Origin: Octopus vulgaris
Taxonomy: Eukaryota
Assembly (NCBI GenBank): GCA_951406725.2
Contig: OX597815.1
Location: 214,272,001 to 214,336,000 of the forward strand
Reading direction: 5' to 3'
Length of the DNA stretch: 64,000 bases
The position numbers and the translations under genes are program-made. Below, in pieces: positions 37,302-52,451 of this stretch. Position 1 is the stretch's first letter, and each line of letters begins with the position of its first letter. A model generated the notes under the pieces. The model had not been told where the DNA came from, did no database searches, and worked only from the letters and a program-made list of their open reading frames with translations.

Positions 37302-39046
37302 ATAATAAAGGAATGAAAGAATATAGACGATATAAAGCAGTAAAGTGTAAAAAGGAGAGAAGTGTGACGACTGTAAGGTAAGAATAAATAGAATCAAAGT
37401 TATTACGTTACAATGAAAAACATAAATAAAAGAAAAAATTTGAGGAATAATATAAAGTAGTGAAATGTAAAGTTCAAGACGAATGAACTATATATATGAA
37501 GAAGATGCAAACAAATTTATTACGAAGATACATGGAGAATAGATTTAGATGCTGTAAAACCATAAATGAACGTTGGGGAAACTATGGAAAGTATCTTCAC
37601 AGGAGCCAAGTTCTTTGAGAATTTTGAAAGATCACGTGAAATGTGATGGCTAGAAAACGGCATTCTTTTGTTCTTTTGATTTCAGATTCTTTATATCCAA
37701 AGATTGTTCTTAGACGTAGATAGACATATACGAAATATTTCTATAAATAAGTTTGTTTTGTGAGAGTTTTTTTTTTTTTTTTTTTGCTCTTTCCTTTATA
37801 TTTTTCAATAACAGTATCGTAATCTGAAGAATATTTTTCCCGGTCCGGAACAATGAAAGAGAAAACTTCACTGCTTTTACTATTTCTTTTGGAATCGTTG
37901 ATAATGAGACTAGCGGTTAGGAGCGCACGAGCAAGACAGACACTTCAAAAATATGTAGTCTGAGGTAAAAGCTTGCTCGTGTTACTTGGTGCGACGCATC
38001 TTGGCATCCATCTTAACTGCCTCGCGAGAAATCTGTCTAACTGCTGTTCTTGCCGCGACTGTCATTTAAATTCAGATCATCTTTAGTCGAGCAGTTCAGA
38101 CTAACAGTCAGAAACATCCCAACCGTGACCATCCTCTTTTTTTCACCTAGATACGGTGACATCTGGAACTACGTTATCTAATGCATTCATTTTTTTTCTA
38201 AAACGGTCAGGTATGATTTAATGCAGGTTTAGTTGGAGCACGTTGGTAGTTGTTGGTAGTTCTGTGCTAAAGCAACATGGTACCATTATGAGGAATCCAC
38301 TTATAGAATGGCATTAAGATATCTCCCCAGAAATAAACATTTTTAAGCTGCTTTGCATGACATATAAATCAACTCACTTCCGATATCGACTTGCCCAAGA
38401 CCGCCTTTGTTTTCATCATACACAATTCCTGCTTTAAAGTGCTCTAAATTAAAACCTTCCGCCATGTTGATTTATGTTCGAAATAAGGCAGCGAACTAAC
38501 AGAATCGTTAGCATGTCTTTACGTTCTGAGTTCAAATGTCATCGGTGTCGACTTTGCCTTTCGTCCCTTCGCAGTCGATAAAATAAGTACTAGTTGAGCA
38601 ATGGGCTCAATAAAAAATGACTTACCCACTCTCCTGACATTGGTAGCCTTTTGCCAAAATTTGTTCCAAATACCTGCTTAATAATGACACAGTTACTTTA
38701 CTAAATTTTTTATTATTTTCAAAATTTATGGAAACAACGACTGCATTTCAGCAGAAATACAGTAATAATAGCGTCAATGGGTAACATTTATCGAAAAGCG
38801 GGCCGTATGGGACACGGCTGTCATAAGGCAGGCTGCACTACTGAAAGGAAAAAAAATAGAAAGATTTTTTAAACTAAAGAAATGTTTCGTTAGTCATGCG
38901 ATTCAGAAAATCCTGTGGACCGGAGGTTGTCTATGACAGCTTTGAAGTTACTTTAGTAAGATGAATTTATTTAAGTTTGGCAAGTTCAAAGCAACAGTAA
39001 TTTAAACAATTACTTTTATACTAATGAACTTAATAACAACAACAAC

Positions 39047-39109
<63 letters not shown>

Positions 39110-39110
<1 letters not shown>

Positions 39111-39555
39111 GCTTCAAATTTGGCCACAAGAGCAGCCATTTAGGGGAAGGGGATGAGTTGATTACATCGATCCCAGTGTTTCAATGTTACTCAATTTATC
39201 GACCTAGGAAAGGATGAAAGGTAAGGTCGACGTCGGTGGAATTTGAACTCAGAACGTAGCGGCGGATAAAATGCCGCTAAGCATTTCGTGCCGCTTGCTA
39301 ACGATTCTGCCAACTAGCCGCCTTAAAATAATAATAATTATCCTTTTAACTATAGACATACGGTCTGGAATTTTGGGAGAGGGGAGTAGTCGATTACAGC
39401 GACCCCATTGTTTCACTGGTACCTAATTTATCGACCCCGAAAGGATGAAAGAGAAACTTGACCTTGGCGGAATTTGAACTCAGAACGCAGCAACTGGCGA
39501 AATGACGCTAAGCATTTCGTCCAGTGCGCTAACGAAACTACCAACTCGCCGCCGT
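39110..39555 (-). mobile_element. Two tandem SINE family A copies inside a (TAA)n array
   Basis: Copies at 39110-39325 and 39340-39555, bounded by (TAA)n. Confidence 0.85.
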
Positions 39556-39559
39556 AATG

Positions 39560-39606
<47 letters not shown>

Positions 39607-40798
39607 CAACAACAGCAACAACACTATATCGATAGAGTTTGAATTTAGTGTTTATAACTATGTGACTGAGTATAGCAACTCATATCAAATGCCTTAAAAA
39701 TGTCGAATAGAATTTAATGAATTAATTACATAATTTCGTTTATGTTCAATCAATCCGATAAATAGTAATTAGAAATGGATAATTAGTGAGTGATTGCATG
39801 GCTTACGTAGGTTCTTTTTTTAGTCTAATTTACCAAAATTTCTTAAAGTCATAAAACTTGCCAATCGTAAAAAAAAATATCGAATGCAATCTAGCTTCAC
39901 ATCCTGCCAGCTGGCAAATATAGAGGGAAAGAGGGATAGTGAGAGAGAGATAGAGAGAGAAAGAGAGAAAGAGAGAAAGGAGCAGAGTGGGGATAGAGAG
40001 AGAGAGAGAGGGAGAGAGGAGCAGAGTGGTGAGGGAGAGAGAGAGACAGAGAATTCTGACCAAATCAGAAACGTCGCAGCGTCCAATGAAATCCACATTT
40101 GCAATTCATACAGATTTCAATCAAAATATTCCATGAATATTTAATATTTCTTCTACTCTGCTTACTCACATGTTACAACGACACAGACACAAACACACAA
40201 ACAAACACATTCATATACATGCGTATACATACATACATACATACATACATACATACATACATACATGCATATAGAAAGAGAGATAAACATATACGCACAT
40301 ATATACATATATATGCATATATGTGTATCACACACACAGACACACACATATGTTACGATATCGACAAGAGTATCGGATGTTGTTATACATCGCTTGTCAC
40401 AATACGCTTCGCATAGTTTTAACATTCGTATGACGCCATGATGCTGGCTAGGCGAGCAGGCCTACATTAGCCCTGATTGGAAGATTATTCCGTCGCAGGG
40501 TAAGCCTTAGCTGAGTGAACTGGAGCAAGGTAAAATAGAGTAATCCCTCGCCCTTTCGCGGTTCACGGTTTATTATTTAAGCTGACGTCGATTCTTCTGT
40601 GGTGTTGTTTTGCATTTATAATAAAATAAATATATACAAATTCTAAAAATTACAGAAAAAATATACAGTGCAGAACAGTTTCTCCTAGTTTAAAGCAACA
40701 GACCGCGGATTTGCCGCGGCAATGTTTGGTGAGTTTTAACGGTACTCCTGCTTTTACGAGTACTTGCATATAACGGTCTAATGGTATTGATCTTTATA

Positions 40799-41031
40799 AG
40801 GCGGCTAGCAGGCAGAAACGTTAGTATGCTGGGCGAAATGCATAGCCGTATTTCGTCTGCCGCTACGTTCTGAGTTCAAATTCCGCCGTGGTCGACTTCG
40901 CCTTTCATCCTTTCGGGGTCGATAAATTAAGTACCCGTTACGCACTGGGGTCGATGTAATCGGCTTAATCCGTTTGTCTGTCCGTGTTTGTCCCCTCTGA
41001 GTTTAGCCCCTTGTGGGTAGTAAAGAAATAG
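40799..41031 (+). mobile_element. SINE family A, well preserved
   Basis: AGGCGGC..GGCAGAAACGTTAG head, GAGTTCAAATTCC B-box, GCCTTTCATCCTTTCGGGGTCGATAAATTAAGTACC body (Meta-SINE-like central domain, inference). Other copies at ~778, 2410, 3955, 38487, 43495, 46463 and 51750. Confidence 0.85.
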
Positions 41032-41044
41032 CTATTGATCTTCA

Positions 41045-41400
41045 TCTTTTGTTTCAGTCATTAGACTACGGCCATGCTGCAGCACTTCCATGAAGAATTT
41101 TTAGTCGAATGAATCTATTGCAGGAATTCTTATTCTTATTCTATAAGTTTCTTTTTACCAAAACCCTTGATTCCGGGGGCGTAAACACAAAGCAACACCG
41201 GTTGTCAAACTGTGATGGGGGTCAAACAGACACACACATACACACATATACAGGACGGTCTTCATTCAGTTTCTCTCTACCAAATCCACTCACAAGGTTA
41301 TTGGTTACAGCAGAAGACACTTGCACAAGAAGCCACACAGTGGGACTGAACCTGGAACAATGTGGTCGGGAAGCACGCTTCTTACCACACAGCCCCGTGT
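41045..41400 (-). mobile_element. SINE family B copy
   Basis: Diverged reverse complement of family B. Confidence 0.7.
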
Positions 41401-41463
41401 GCACCTGGTTTCATTTAGCGAACATGACACTAATGCAATATAATAAATTTAATGCATCTATTG

Positions 41464-41684
41464 TACGAGGGGTGGGGCTGAAAATGCCTTGCTTTGGCTG
41501 AAAGAAACAATGCAGGAGAATCAGTTATGATTTTATTCAATATAATCCCGTCTCAGATTCACACACTTATTGCAGCGCTCCTTCAGTTTTTCTAAGCCCT
41601 GGAAAAGGACTCGGAAAGTTGGGTCACCAATCAAGCCTTTCGCGACACCCTTAAAATCAGGAACCTTTCAACAGCTCCTTGTAT
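41464..41684. mobile_element. Mariner-type MITE
   Basis: Same family as 10765-10976; TACGAGGGG...CCTTGTA. Confidence 0.6.
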
Positions 41685-41778
41685 AACAAACAATGCATAT
41701 CATTGCATATTGTATATAATAATATGGGACGGAATCAATCCTGGCAGGAAAACTAGCTTGCATTTATGCATATAATGC

Positions 41779-41830
<52 letters not shown>

Positions 41831-41999
41831 GGTTGGACATAGCTAGCAAGCTGGATGGATGGGTGGATGGATGGATTGCCATAACCATAGTTTAGGCCCT
41901 CAGTTTCTGATGTAGTCTTACGAGCGCTGTTGTAAAGTACGAAGTGTCTCAGATCTGATTACTCAGCAATTATTCTACGGGGAAAGAGAATGACGAGAG

Positions 42000-42043
<44 letters not shown>

Positions 42044-42122
42044 AAAACAGAAAGAAACAGAGAGAGGATGTGTATTTATGTATTATGTATGCATGTATGC
42101 ATATATACGTGAGTGTACATAC

Positions 42123-42161
<39 letters not shown>

Positions 42162-42191
42162 GTGTGTGAGTGTCTATACTCTCACACACAC

Positions 42192-43005
42192 ACAGAGGGT
42201 GCGTCAGTTTTTTGAGGTCACTTGTAATATTTTCGAAAAGGACGCATAGTTCACCAAACAAAAGTAGTATTTGCAAACAAAATTGGTACAAATAATCTTG
42301 AGAATGCTTTTATCCCGCCTATTCACTGAATCCACCATTAACATCAATGACTGCTTCTATACAGAATTGGAAGAGTTGATACGATCGAATCAGATGATCT
42401 ATATCCATTTGTGACCTAGAGTTAATTATGGCAGACTTGAAAGATCGTATAGTGTTATGGGGAGTGTTGATTGGCCTCTCTACTACGCCCCATACGTAAA
42501 TGTTCAGTGGATTGAGGACTGGTGAGCTAGGTACCTGAGAGAACATAATCATGGAGGTTAATATGCATCCATGCTTGGACTGTCCGAGCCTTATCAGACG
42601 GTGCAGAGTCTTGTTGGAAGATTTTCGATCTTCCGTTGCATTTTCTGTCTAACCAGAGCCTCACAACTTTCTCAAACACATTTGTGTAGACAGTGGCATT
42701 AACTCTTACATCCTGTGAAAAAACATAAGGAGGAATGACATTCCCCTCGTTGCTGATGACTCCCAGAACTATCAGAGCTGCTGGGGATTTTGTATGCATG
42801 ACTGTTGAGCCCCAATAGGGTCTCTGCATAACCATTTGTCGTTCTTTCGGCTTTCTCTTTTGCTCTGATCAAATCTTTTCCACGTCGTTGAAAAACAAAA
42901 GCTTTTCAGCCTCTTAGTGTTTTAACTTGTTTAGAAAGCGCTTTGCATAGATTGAATGATTCTCTCTTGTCACATCTGACATAAGTTGATCATTACGCAT
43001 CACAT
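42192..43005 (-). pseudogene. Tc1/mariner (maT/DD37D-like) transposase relic
   Basis: LGVISNEG, FQQDSAP, PSSPVLNPLNIYVWG and EAVIDVNGGF, interrupted by frameshifts. Confidence 0.75.
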
Positions 43006-44792
43006 ATTTATTTCAATATTTCTTGTTAATACAGACAGAGCTGCTTTCTAACCTAGATCCAAGGCTCCTTCATTGGAATTTTAAAATCAACAACAGGGTA
43101 TTTTTGTTTTTTATATATGTATGTACGTATTCATATATGGATGTATGTATGTATGTATGTATGTATGTATGTATGTATGTATGTATGTATGTATGTATGT
43201 ATGTATGTATGTATGTATGTATGTATGTATGTATGTATGTATGTATGTATGTATGTATGTATTATGTATGTATAAATTGTGTGTGGATTAGATTGCTTTG
43301 AATTAATTTTCTCTTTATGCTCTTTACGCTCTAATCCCTTCGAGGTTAACTTTTCTTTTCCTCCTTTCGGAGTCGTTAATTAATGTAGCAGTCATATACA
43401 GGGTCGATTCCTGTCTATATATATATATATATTTTCTTTCATTTTCTGGAGAAAATTGACTGTGGGATGGCCTCCTCCAGTGTAAATAATTCTCTCTTAT
43501 ATAGACACAAGACTGAAACGTTAGGACAAAGAGCCGGTCAATTACATCTACGTCATTGCTAGACTGTTACTTATTTTATCGGCTACGAAATGATGCAAGG
43601 CAAACTCAACCTGGGTGAAATTTAGACTCAAAACGTAAAGCCAGAAAAAAGGCCGAGAAGTAGTCAGTCAGACTCTGCCAGTTCGCCTCCTTTTGCCGTG
43701 CTTAATAATGCCCAGAATGTCACGATGGTGCACCTGGAATTCCGTCCAAGCGTTTAAACCCAAGGAAATACATATGCATATGCATATGTATGTGTATACA
43801 TGGGTGTGTATGTATGTATAAATGTATAGATACGCCCGCATGAGTGAGTATGTGTATATGTATGCGTGTGTGTGTGTGTGTGTGTGTGTGCCAAGCTGAG
43901 TATTGAAAAAATATAACGTTACTTAACAACTACCACAGAGCTTCTATTCATTGGATGTTTACCATAGAGCTATGCAAGAGCTAACCTTTGTTTTGCTTTG
44001 GGGTTTTTTTCCTACACCCACCATTGCCGTCTATTAGATGTTTTCCGAAATGTGTAATATGATAGTATCATTGGGAAAAAAATGAAGAGATGTGTCAGTT
44101 GTGGCTCTGCTATTTCGATTGAAAGAACCTACAACGCTCGCTCCACAACGTTCCAAGAACCGCCTCGTCGCTGCGCAGCTAAAAGCCAACAGGCAATTAT
44201 GCAGATGGAATTTTGGAACTGGTTTTTATACCAAGAAAGAAGGGAAACAACTAGAAAAAATACACAACAGAAGCAACAACAATAATAAACAATAAAAGCA
44301 CCAGCAGTAACAACAGGCTGGCGATGTTCCTAGTTCCACATGGTGCCAGGAGGAGGAATCGAAACCTTATTAACTGATAGCCCAACTCTTATTCATTCAC
44401 ACGATACTTTATCAATTTAACTTATAAGCTAATTACATGGCTAATATAAAAATTACAAAGATAGTGAAATACGTTGTACGTTAGAGGTTTCGGAAATATA
44501 TAAACAAATATTTGGATCGCTTAAAATATTCGAGTAACTTACCAATACAACGCTACTGTATATCTCCTTCCTTTACGACACTCTAGTCTGCGATCGTTGT
44601 ATCATTCTCTACACATTAGATTATATTACTCTCAAAACACGCCAAAACAACGTCTCGCAGTTCTATCGTGCAGTAATATTTAACATATACCTAATCTATA
44701 AAACTGTTTTTGAGCAACAATAACAACAGCAACAACAACCAGAATGTATAAGACATCTTCAGTTTCCGGAACAGAAATTCAATACACATACT

Positions 44793-44834
<42 letters not shown>

Positions 44835-44875
44835 TATATATACATGCATAAATATACAAATATATGTATATATAT

Positions 44876-44910
<35 letters not shown>

Positions 44911-45186
44911 TATATAGTTGTATTTATATATATTTGTATATATATATATATATATTTATATACATACATGCATATATATATATCTATATATATATATATT
45001 CGCATATGTGTGTGCGTGTGTGCGCATATATATAGGTATATAGGCATCAGCACTGAAAACACATTCGTAGACATACAGACAGACACTTGTTCACATGTTG
45101 AAGCAGACAGACATTCCTCCACAACCAGCAAAAGCCGACAGCGTTGGAATCCAGACATACACACACGCACGCACACACTCACACAC

Positions 45187-45268
<82 letters not shown>

Positions 45269-45483
45269 ACAAGTACACACACAGGCACATATATATGCGT
45301 ATATGTAGTTGTGTGTGTGCGTGCGCACGTGTCTGTCCGAGTGTGTTTGTGTGTCTGTGTTTGTGTGCATGTTTATGTATAGAATAAAAGCGAATTATAT
45401 ATAGAATTGCATTACTTCCATAAGTCAGATATGTGTATACAGGAAACATGTGTATATGTGTCCTTGTGCATGTGCGTGCGTCC

Positions 45484-45561
<78 letters not shown>

Positions 45562-45569
45562 ATATATAC

Positions 45570-45602
<33 letters not shown>

Positions 45603-46922
45603 GACAGATAGATACATAGATAGATAGATAGATAGATATTGGAGAAAGAGAGACAAAGAGAGGGGGGAGGAGGCATCCTTCTTTTGGCCCTCTTAATGTC
45701 TTGACTCAGCCTATTACTTCGTGAAAGAATAAGAGAGGACGACTTTGAGATAAGGAGAAGAATCAACTCCCGTATAATGCTGGTACTTTATTTATGGACC
45801 CTGCTCGACACAGCAAATACAAACGTCCCTTTTACCTTGTGATACTGGTGGTTTTGTATCTACTAAATTGTTTGCGATTATTATGGTCTATAAGAAGAGA
45901 AACGATTGTCAAACTAATTTCCTTACTTCGACACCCAATTTCATTTACATGCCGCTTGGTCATGCGAATCTCAGGTATTTCTCAGCATTATATGTGTTTC
46001 AGAGAAGTCTGTGCAATTTCCGGTGAATCAATCGAGAACAAGTTCTACTTCATACGATACTTCTTAGGGTCTTAATTTTGATTCTTAATTTTGATCATTG
46101 TTCTGAAGCATTGAATGGTCACCACTTGAGGACAATCCTGTGTGCGGAAGGTTTCTCTTACATTTTCAGAGCTTGGATTATTTCAGTTCGGCCGCATCTA
46201 CTTCATGACCATTCTAAATTAGCTGTCTTAACAGTTTCAATTCGCATGATCCTATAGGGGGCCAATATTGCAGCAGTTAGATATATTGAGGGATATTTCA
46301 CTTCAACTGGGATACATACAGATCAATAATATCTGCATCATGGTGCAGGAGGTGAAAATTGAACAACTGAATACCTACCTTCAAAAATGGCCGAGATTCG
46401 TTTATTTCCTTGCTTATAGACGATGGAATAATTATTTATTATTATATATAACTGTCCTTTTAAGGTGGTGAGCTGGCAGAATCGTAGCACACCGGGGAAA
46501 ATGTTTAACAGAATTTCACCCGTCTTCACGTTCTGAGTTCAAATTCTGCCGAGGTCGATTTTGCCTTTAATCCTTTCGGGGTCGACGAAATGAGTACCTG
46601 CTCAGGACTGGAGTCGTAGTTGACTTACCCCTTCTCTGACATTGTTGGCCTTGTGCCAAAATTTGAAACCAATATATAACTGCCTGTTGATGTGTACATA
46701 CATGCACACGCTGTTGATTTTGCTGAAATTCTAATTAAGGATCTTTGGATCTAGGTTTGAAACCGGGTCTTTCTCTATTGGCAAGAAACCTTGAAATGTA
46801 ACTAAACAATGACATACATACATGCATAGTTCCCTAAACGCAGTGTGTGTATGTATGTACGTCATTTTGAATAATAATTGTTTATGGAATAAAATTTTAA
46901 GATTCGATATCTGTGTGCGTAT

Positions 46923-46958
<36 letters not shown>

Positions 46959-48702
46959 CATGTATGTATATATTGTTAGAGAGAGAAAGAGGGCAGCAGA
47001 TTCGAGTTGTGCATGTTTATTGTACAATCTTAATTCGTAACTTAGTCACTAGATCCCAAATACTCCATTAAATACTTTCTTATACTATGTAGTTATATAA
47101 CGCAAGGGAATTTTCCCGTTGTTCCGTTGAATCTGCCATCCACCGTCCTCAACATGCGATTATAATGAAGCTGTATTTTTTTCCGACATCACATTGCTAA
47201 CAACATATGTCAGAAATAATCCAGCTAGGTTTTGAACAGTTCTGTGCATGTTCACAAGTATATATATATATATAATATTATATTAACACCGAACAACTAA
47301 ATGAATAAAAACGCTAAGATATTCACTAGAGAATTCGAACACATATCCTTCAGCAATTGCAGAGTAGATCGTGAATTATGTAATTTAACTTTGTGCTACA
47401 TTACCATATTGTTTTTATACCCTTTTATTTTGAGTCAAAACAGTTGAAATAACAAATGCTCTTATAGCCGTCCATGTTTTTGTATTCTAAACTTCAATAT
47501 TTCGCATGTAACGTCATAATAATTTTAATATTCTCTCGAGATGTCATGCCCGTCTAAGAATAAGGAACCAGTATTAATATTATCTGCAGGAACTTTTACA
47601 TAAAGGAAAACACAGCCAACAGAAAACATTACTTCAAAAGAATACAGTATTATTATATTTCCAAAACGGGGACGAAATAGAATGTTTTAACAAAGCAGAA
47701 ATAATGATTAACATTTTAATGTTGTGTTCGCATTTCATTTATTCATATGTTTTTAAATATTATTTTAAATGTAGGAGACATCCATTCGTGTATAATATCA
47801 CAAAATATTTTGGTATCTCAAGAGAATTATAACATGGTTGCTTATGACCTTAGATATTTGTGTCTTTCTATGTTGGCTGCTGAGATACATTAAATAGGAA
47901 TTAAAATTTCATTAAGCAACGTGTAAATTTTGCTTAATTTTACATGTAAATTATCCCATATGGTGAATATGAATGGAAACGCCATTACTGGAAAGAGAAA
48001 CATAAGGAGACAACAAGGCAGTTTCCATGTAGTCACTGAATTTAACAGAAATAACAGCCAAATTTCCTTCAGTTCACACGTTAAAGACTGTAACGTTTGA
48101 ACTGAGGGTAATTGAGGGACGATATTGTGGATAATGCATCAAGTCTGAGGAAAAGAAGGGATGATCATATCTGGAAAGCCTCTGAACATAGATCTACTCG
48201 ATTAATTATAACCTGACGCTAAGAAACAACAAAAGCATACCATATTTTCCGGTATACAAGTCGAATTTTTCAGTTCAAAATTTATAACCAAAATAATATA
48301 GGTCGACTTATACACCAAGACGACTTTAGAGGAGGTAAAAATTCCATTAGAATGCAACAGGATTTGGAAAGATAGTGATAATGTTTGAATGTTTACACTG
48401 CATGTATACACTATATATTAAGTTAACTTGCATGCCGGAAACTTCTAGTGCAATTGCAACAATAACAACATTGAATTCTAATCTAGGCACAAGGCCACAC
48501 AATTTGAAGGAGGAGTAGTACTTATCCGGTATATATTGTACCACCCCACAAAACGATTAAAGACAGAGTGCACTTTGACGAGATTTAGTAGCATTAAATC
48601 GTAAGTAAATATTGTTGCCTGCAAGCCGACCTCAATCCTCAGAACTGAAAGCGTTTGCTAAACTTTTATTTAAGTCAACCGGGCAATCAGGTTTCGGGAT
48701 TT

Positions 48703-49067
48703 TATACGAGGGGTCTTGTTTCACCCAGACAATGTTCGAGCACATAAGTCCTTGCTCTCAATGCGTTACTGGCTTTGAACTGGCTGACCACCTTCCCTAA
48801 TCTCCGGATTGGGGCCCATCTGACTTTTATCTGTTCCTCAATATGAAAAAACACTTGACTGGGAAACATTTTGCAGGGATGTTGGCGTCATGTCTGCTGC
48901 TGATGACCAACAGAATTAAAGCTTCTTCACTAATGGAATCCAAGCACTGAAACACCCATGGAAGGAGTGTGTAGATCGCAAGAGTGACTGTTGAAAAATA
49001 AACCTCATTTGATCATATTCCATGAGCGCATTTTGGTCAGCCTACGTACTTTTCAGTCGATGTCGTA
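48703..49067 (+). pseudogene. Mariner transposase C-terminal relic with right TIR
   Basis: CACCTTCCCTAATCTCCGGATTGGGGCCCATCTGACTTTTATCTGTTCC is a degraded HPPYSPDLAPSDFYLF; ends ACTTTTCAGTCGATGTCGTA. Confidence 0.65.
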
Positions 49068-49560
49068 AAGGTCCCTGTGTCATTGAATAAGTAGCTTTCA
49101 TTTTAAAATCTCACTGGTCTCAAGAATTTCAACAGCCATTGTGTATAAACTTCTAATTTCTTCTTACCATAAACCTGTCAGCTGTCGCCTTCGAGACGGC
49201 TTGATCGATGCCTTATCTGGTTGTTTGCATGTTTCTAATAATTTAATATTACTCATTGGCTACCAACACGGCCGCCGCAACCACCAGCAATAACCCCACA
49301 CACAAACATACAAAATAATTCAGTGTTCACCTTTCGTAGAAAAGTGGTATTGAGGTGTTTGCCTATGAATTCTTGCCGTTGCTTTTGCAGTTATCGTTCC
49401 AACATTTTCTTTGCTTATTTTGTTGTTTTCATTCAGCTTATTCTGGTTAACCATGAGACTTTCTCTACTCTTGATGTTGTTGTCGAGGTCGTTTATGTTA
49501 TATTTGGTGGGTTTTCTTTTTTGTTTTTTCATGGTAACGGGCTTTAAAAAAAAAATTTAT

Positions 49561-49980
49561 AGGCACAGGAGTGGCTGTGTGGTAAGTAGCTTGCTTGCCA
49601 ACCACATGGTTCCGGGTTCAGTCCCATTGCGTGGCACCTTGGGCAAGTGTCTTCTACTATAGCCTCGGGCCGACCAAAGCCTTGTGAGTGGATTTGGTAG
49701 ACGGAAACTGAAAGAAGTCCGTCGTATATATGTATATATGTATATATATGTATGTGTATGTGTATATGTTTGTGTGTCTGTGTTTGTCCCCCAACATCGC
49801 TTGACAACCGATGCTGGTGTGTTTACGTCCCCGTAACCTGGCGGTTCGGCAAAAGAGACCGATAGAATAAGTACTAGGCTTACAAAGAATAAGTCCTGGG
49901 GTGGATTTGCTCGACTAAAAGGTGGTGCTCCAGCATGGCCACAGTCAAATGACTGAAACAAGTAAAAGACTAAAAGAGTA
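49561..49980 (+). mobile_element. SINE family B, full length and young-looking
   Basis: Complete head, CORE-like CCTTGGGCAAGTGTCTT, microsatellite and tail. Confidence 0.9.
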
Positions 49981-50893
49981 CTGTAGAAGTTGCGATGGTT
50001 TGGGTGATGGCAGGAGGGTTTGCACAATATTTAGTGTGGCTCACCAACCAAGGCGTGCTGTAATCTAGGCTCCCTTACATTGGTCATCTGACAAGAATCA
50101 GGAGAAAATGAAGAAAGAGGAGGAGGAGGAGGAGCGAAAGCTGGTTTGTCCATGTGCTTTCAGGTTCAGTGTCACTATGCGGCACATTGGGCAAGTATTT
50201 TCTGTTATGACTCCAGGCCGAACAAAGTCTTGTGAGTAGATTTGGTAGGCGGAAACTGGGAGAAGCTCATCGCATATATGTATACGTATATGTGCATGTA
50301 TATGTATAGGTGCATGTGCGTGTGTGTGTCTGCTGGCAGCCATATAGTAGTAGACTCTTGCCCAAGATGCCAAGTAGTGGAACTGAACACAAAATCCTGC
50401 AGTTGGAAAGCGACCTTCATACCATTCAGCCAAAAAGTATTAATTATCACATTTGTCGATCCAATCATATATTTAATTCACATAAGTCATCTATTAAAGT
50501 GGACTGTTTTGGAGGAAACACTAAATCGAAGAATACAAAAAATGTACATTCAAACTGTCTGGATGTAGCAATGTATGTTCCTAGCAGCTAGGGACAGTGT
50601 AAGAACGACATGGCATCGTTTTTCCTTACATTTCTCTAACCTACAAGAAATATCTCACTTCCGTTCCTAAAGCAACGACTTCCATATGCTGTCACGAATC
50701 AATGTGTCACAGATGGGGAACATCAAAAGCCTGCATAGCTCTTGGACCTGAAAGTTGGTTACCGATGCCATATTAATTCATCATCGTGTTATATCAAATT
50801 CTCGGCAACCAACTGGAAATATTCTCCATTGCAACTGCACTAACAGCAGAAAGCAGAAACAGTCGTCAGCAATTCTTTTCAGTATTTTAATTA

Positions 50894-50894
<1 letters not shown>

Positions 50895-50946
<52 letters not shown>

Positions 50947-51036
50947 GTAATTCTTCTTCTTCTTCTTCTTCTTCTTCTTCTTCTTCTTCTTCTTCTTCTT
51001 GTTCTTCTTCTTCTTCTTCTTCTTCTTCTTCTTCTT

Positions 51037-51067
<31 letters not shown>

Positions 51068-51099
51068 TTCTACTGCTTCTTCTTCTTATAATAATAATA

Positions 51100-51157
<58 letters not shown>

Positions 51158-51310
51158 TGTTTCTTCTTTTTCTTCTTCTCTTCTTCTTTTTCGTATTTTT
51201 CTCTTCTTTTCTTCTCCACCATCATCATTATCATCATCGCCATCGTCGTCGTCGTCGTCCTCCTCCTCTCCTTCCTCTTCCTCCTCCTCCTCCTCCTCCT
51301 CCTTCCCCTT
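50895..51310. repeat. Compound trinucleotide microsatellite (CTA/CTT/ATT/CAT/CGT/CCT)
   Basis: Direct reading; explains the 281-aa ORF. Confidence 0.9.
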
Positions 51311-51749
51311 CTTCCATATCTGTTTTTATTATTCAAATTTTATCACTGTATATGTATATGTGTGTGTGTGTGCTTGTGTGCGTGTGTGCTTGTGTGCGTG
51401 CGTGCTTGATATGTGTATGTGTGTGTGCGAGATACATATGTGTGTGTGATGTCTGTATGTGTGTGTGCGTCCCTGTGTCTGTGTTTGTTCTCTGTTACCA
51501 CTGCTTGACAACCGCTGTTGGTTTGTTTACTAGCCTGTATCTTAATGGCTCGACAAATGCGACAGGTAGAATAAGTACCAGGCTTTCCAAGAAAAGATAA
51601 TAATTACTAGGATCGATAAATACTGCTAAAATTCCTCAAGGCCTCTGCCTCTGCATGGCCGCAATCTAATGACTGAAACAAGTAACAGATGAAATATAAA
51701 TGATGTTGAAATTAAGAAAGGTATCCGTGTTTCTAAGAAAATATCTAAA

Positions 51750-51977
51750 TCTTTATTGCCCACAAGGGGCTAAACACAGAGATGACAAACAAGGACAGAT
51801 ATACGGATTAAGTCTATTACATCGACCCCAGTGCGTAACTGGTACTTAATATATCGACCCCGAAAGGATGAAAGGCAAAGTCGTCCTCGGCGGAATTTGA
51901 ACTCAGAACGTAAAGACGGACGAAATTCGGCTATGCATTTCGCCCGGCGTGCTAACCACTCTGCCATCTCGCCGCCT
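51750..51977 (-). mobile_element. SINE family A with TSD
   Basis: Flanked by TTTCTAAGAAAATATC on both sides (~51730 and ~51980). Confidence 0.85.
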
Positions 51978-52369
51978 TTTTTCTAAGAAAATATCAAAGA
52001 TTAAGAAAACTATTCAAGATTAAGAAGGATAATTAAAGTTATGAAGAATTTCCGAAGTTAACAAATGCTATATGAGAACGCTCTTACATTGTTATAATTT
52101 CTCTCACATTTCTTCCTTTTCCTTTTTGCTAGTTACGATGGGTGGACTGAAGGGTTTTAGTCGAAGAAATCGACCCCCTATCATAATAATTTTTTTTTAA
52201 AGTATGGTACTAATTCTGTCGATGTATTTTGCCGAAACGCTAATATAGGTGTAAAAAAGCCAACCCCCGTTGTCAAGCAGTCGGCGGGACAAACACAAGC
52301 ACACACACGCATATATATGTAGATAAACGCAAATGTATGTGTGTACATGTATGTAACATATATATATAG

Positions 52370-52451
<82 letters not shown>

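Noticed and set aside
44082-44295. GC-richer unique stretch with short ORFs; similar patches at 1500-1600 and 37900-38060
   Set aside because: No recognisable domain or convincing splice context. It could be regulatory or exonic, but that cannot be supported without conservation or RNA data.
50755-51600. 281-aa ORF with poly-L/I/H/R/P runs
   Set aside because: Stop-free compound trinucleotide repeat running into a SINE half; no domain content.
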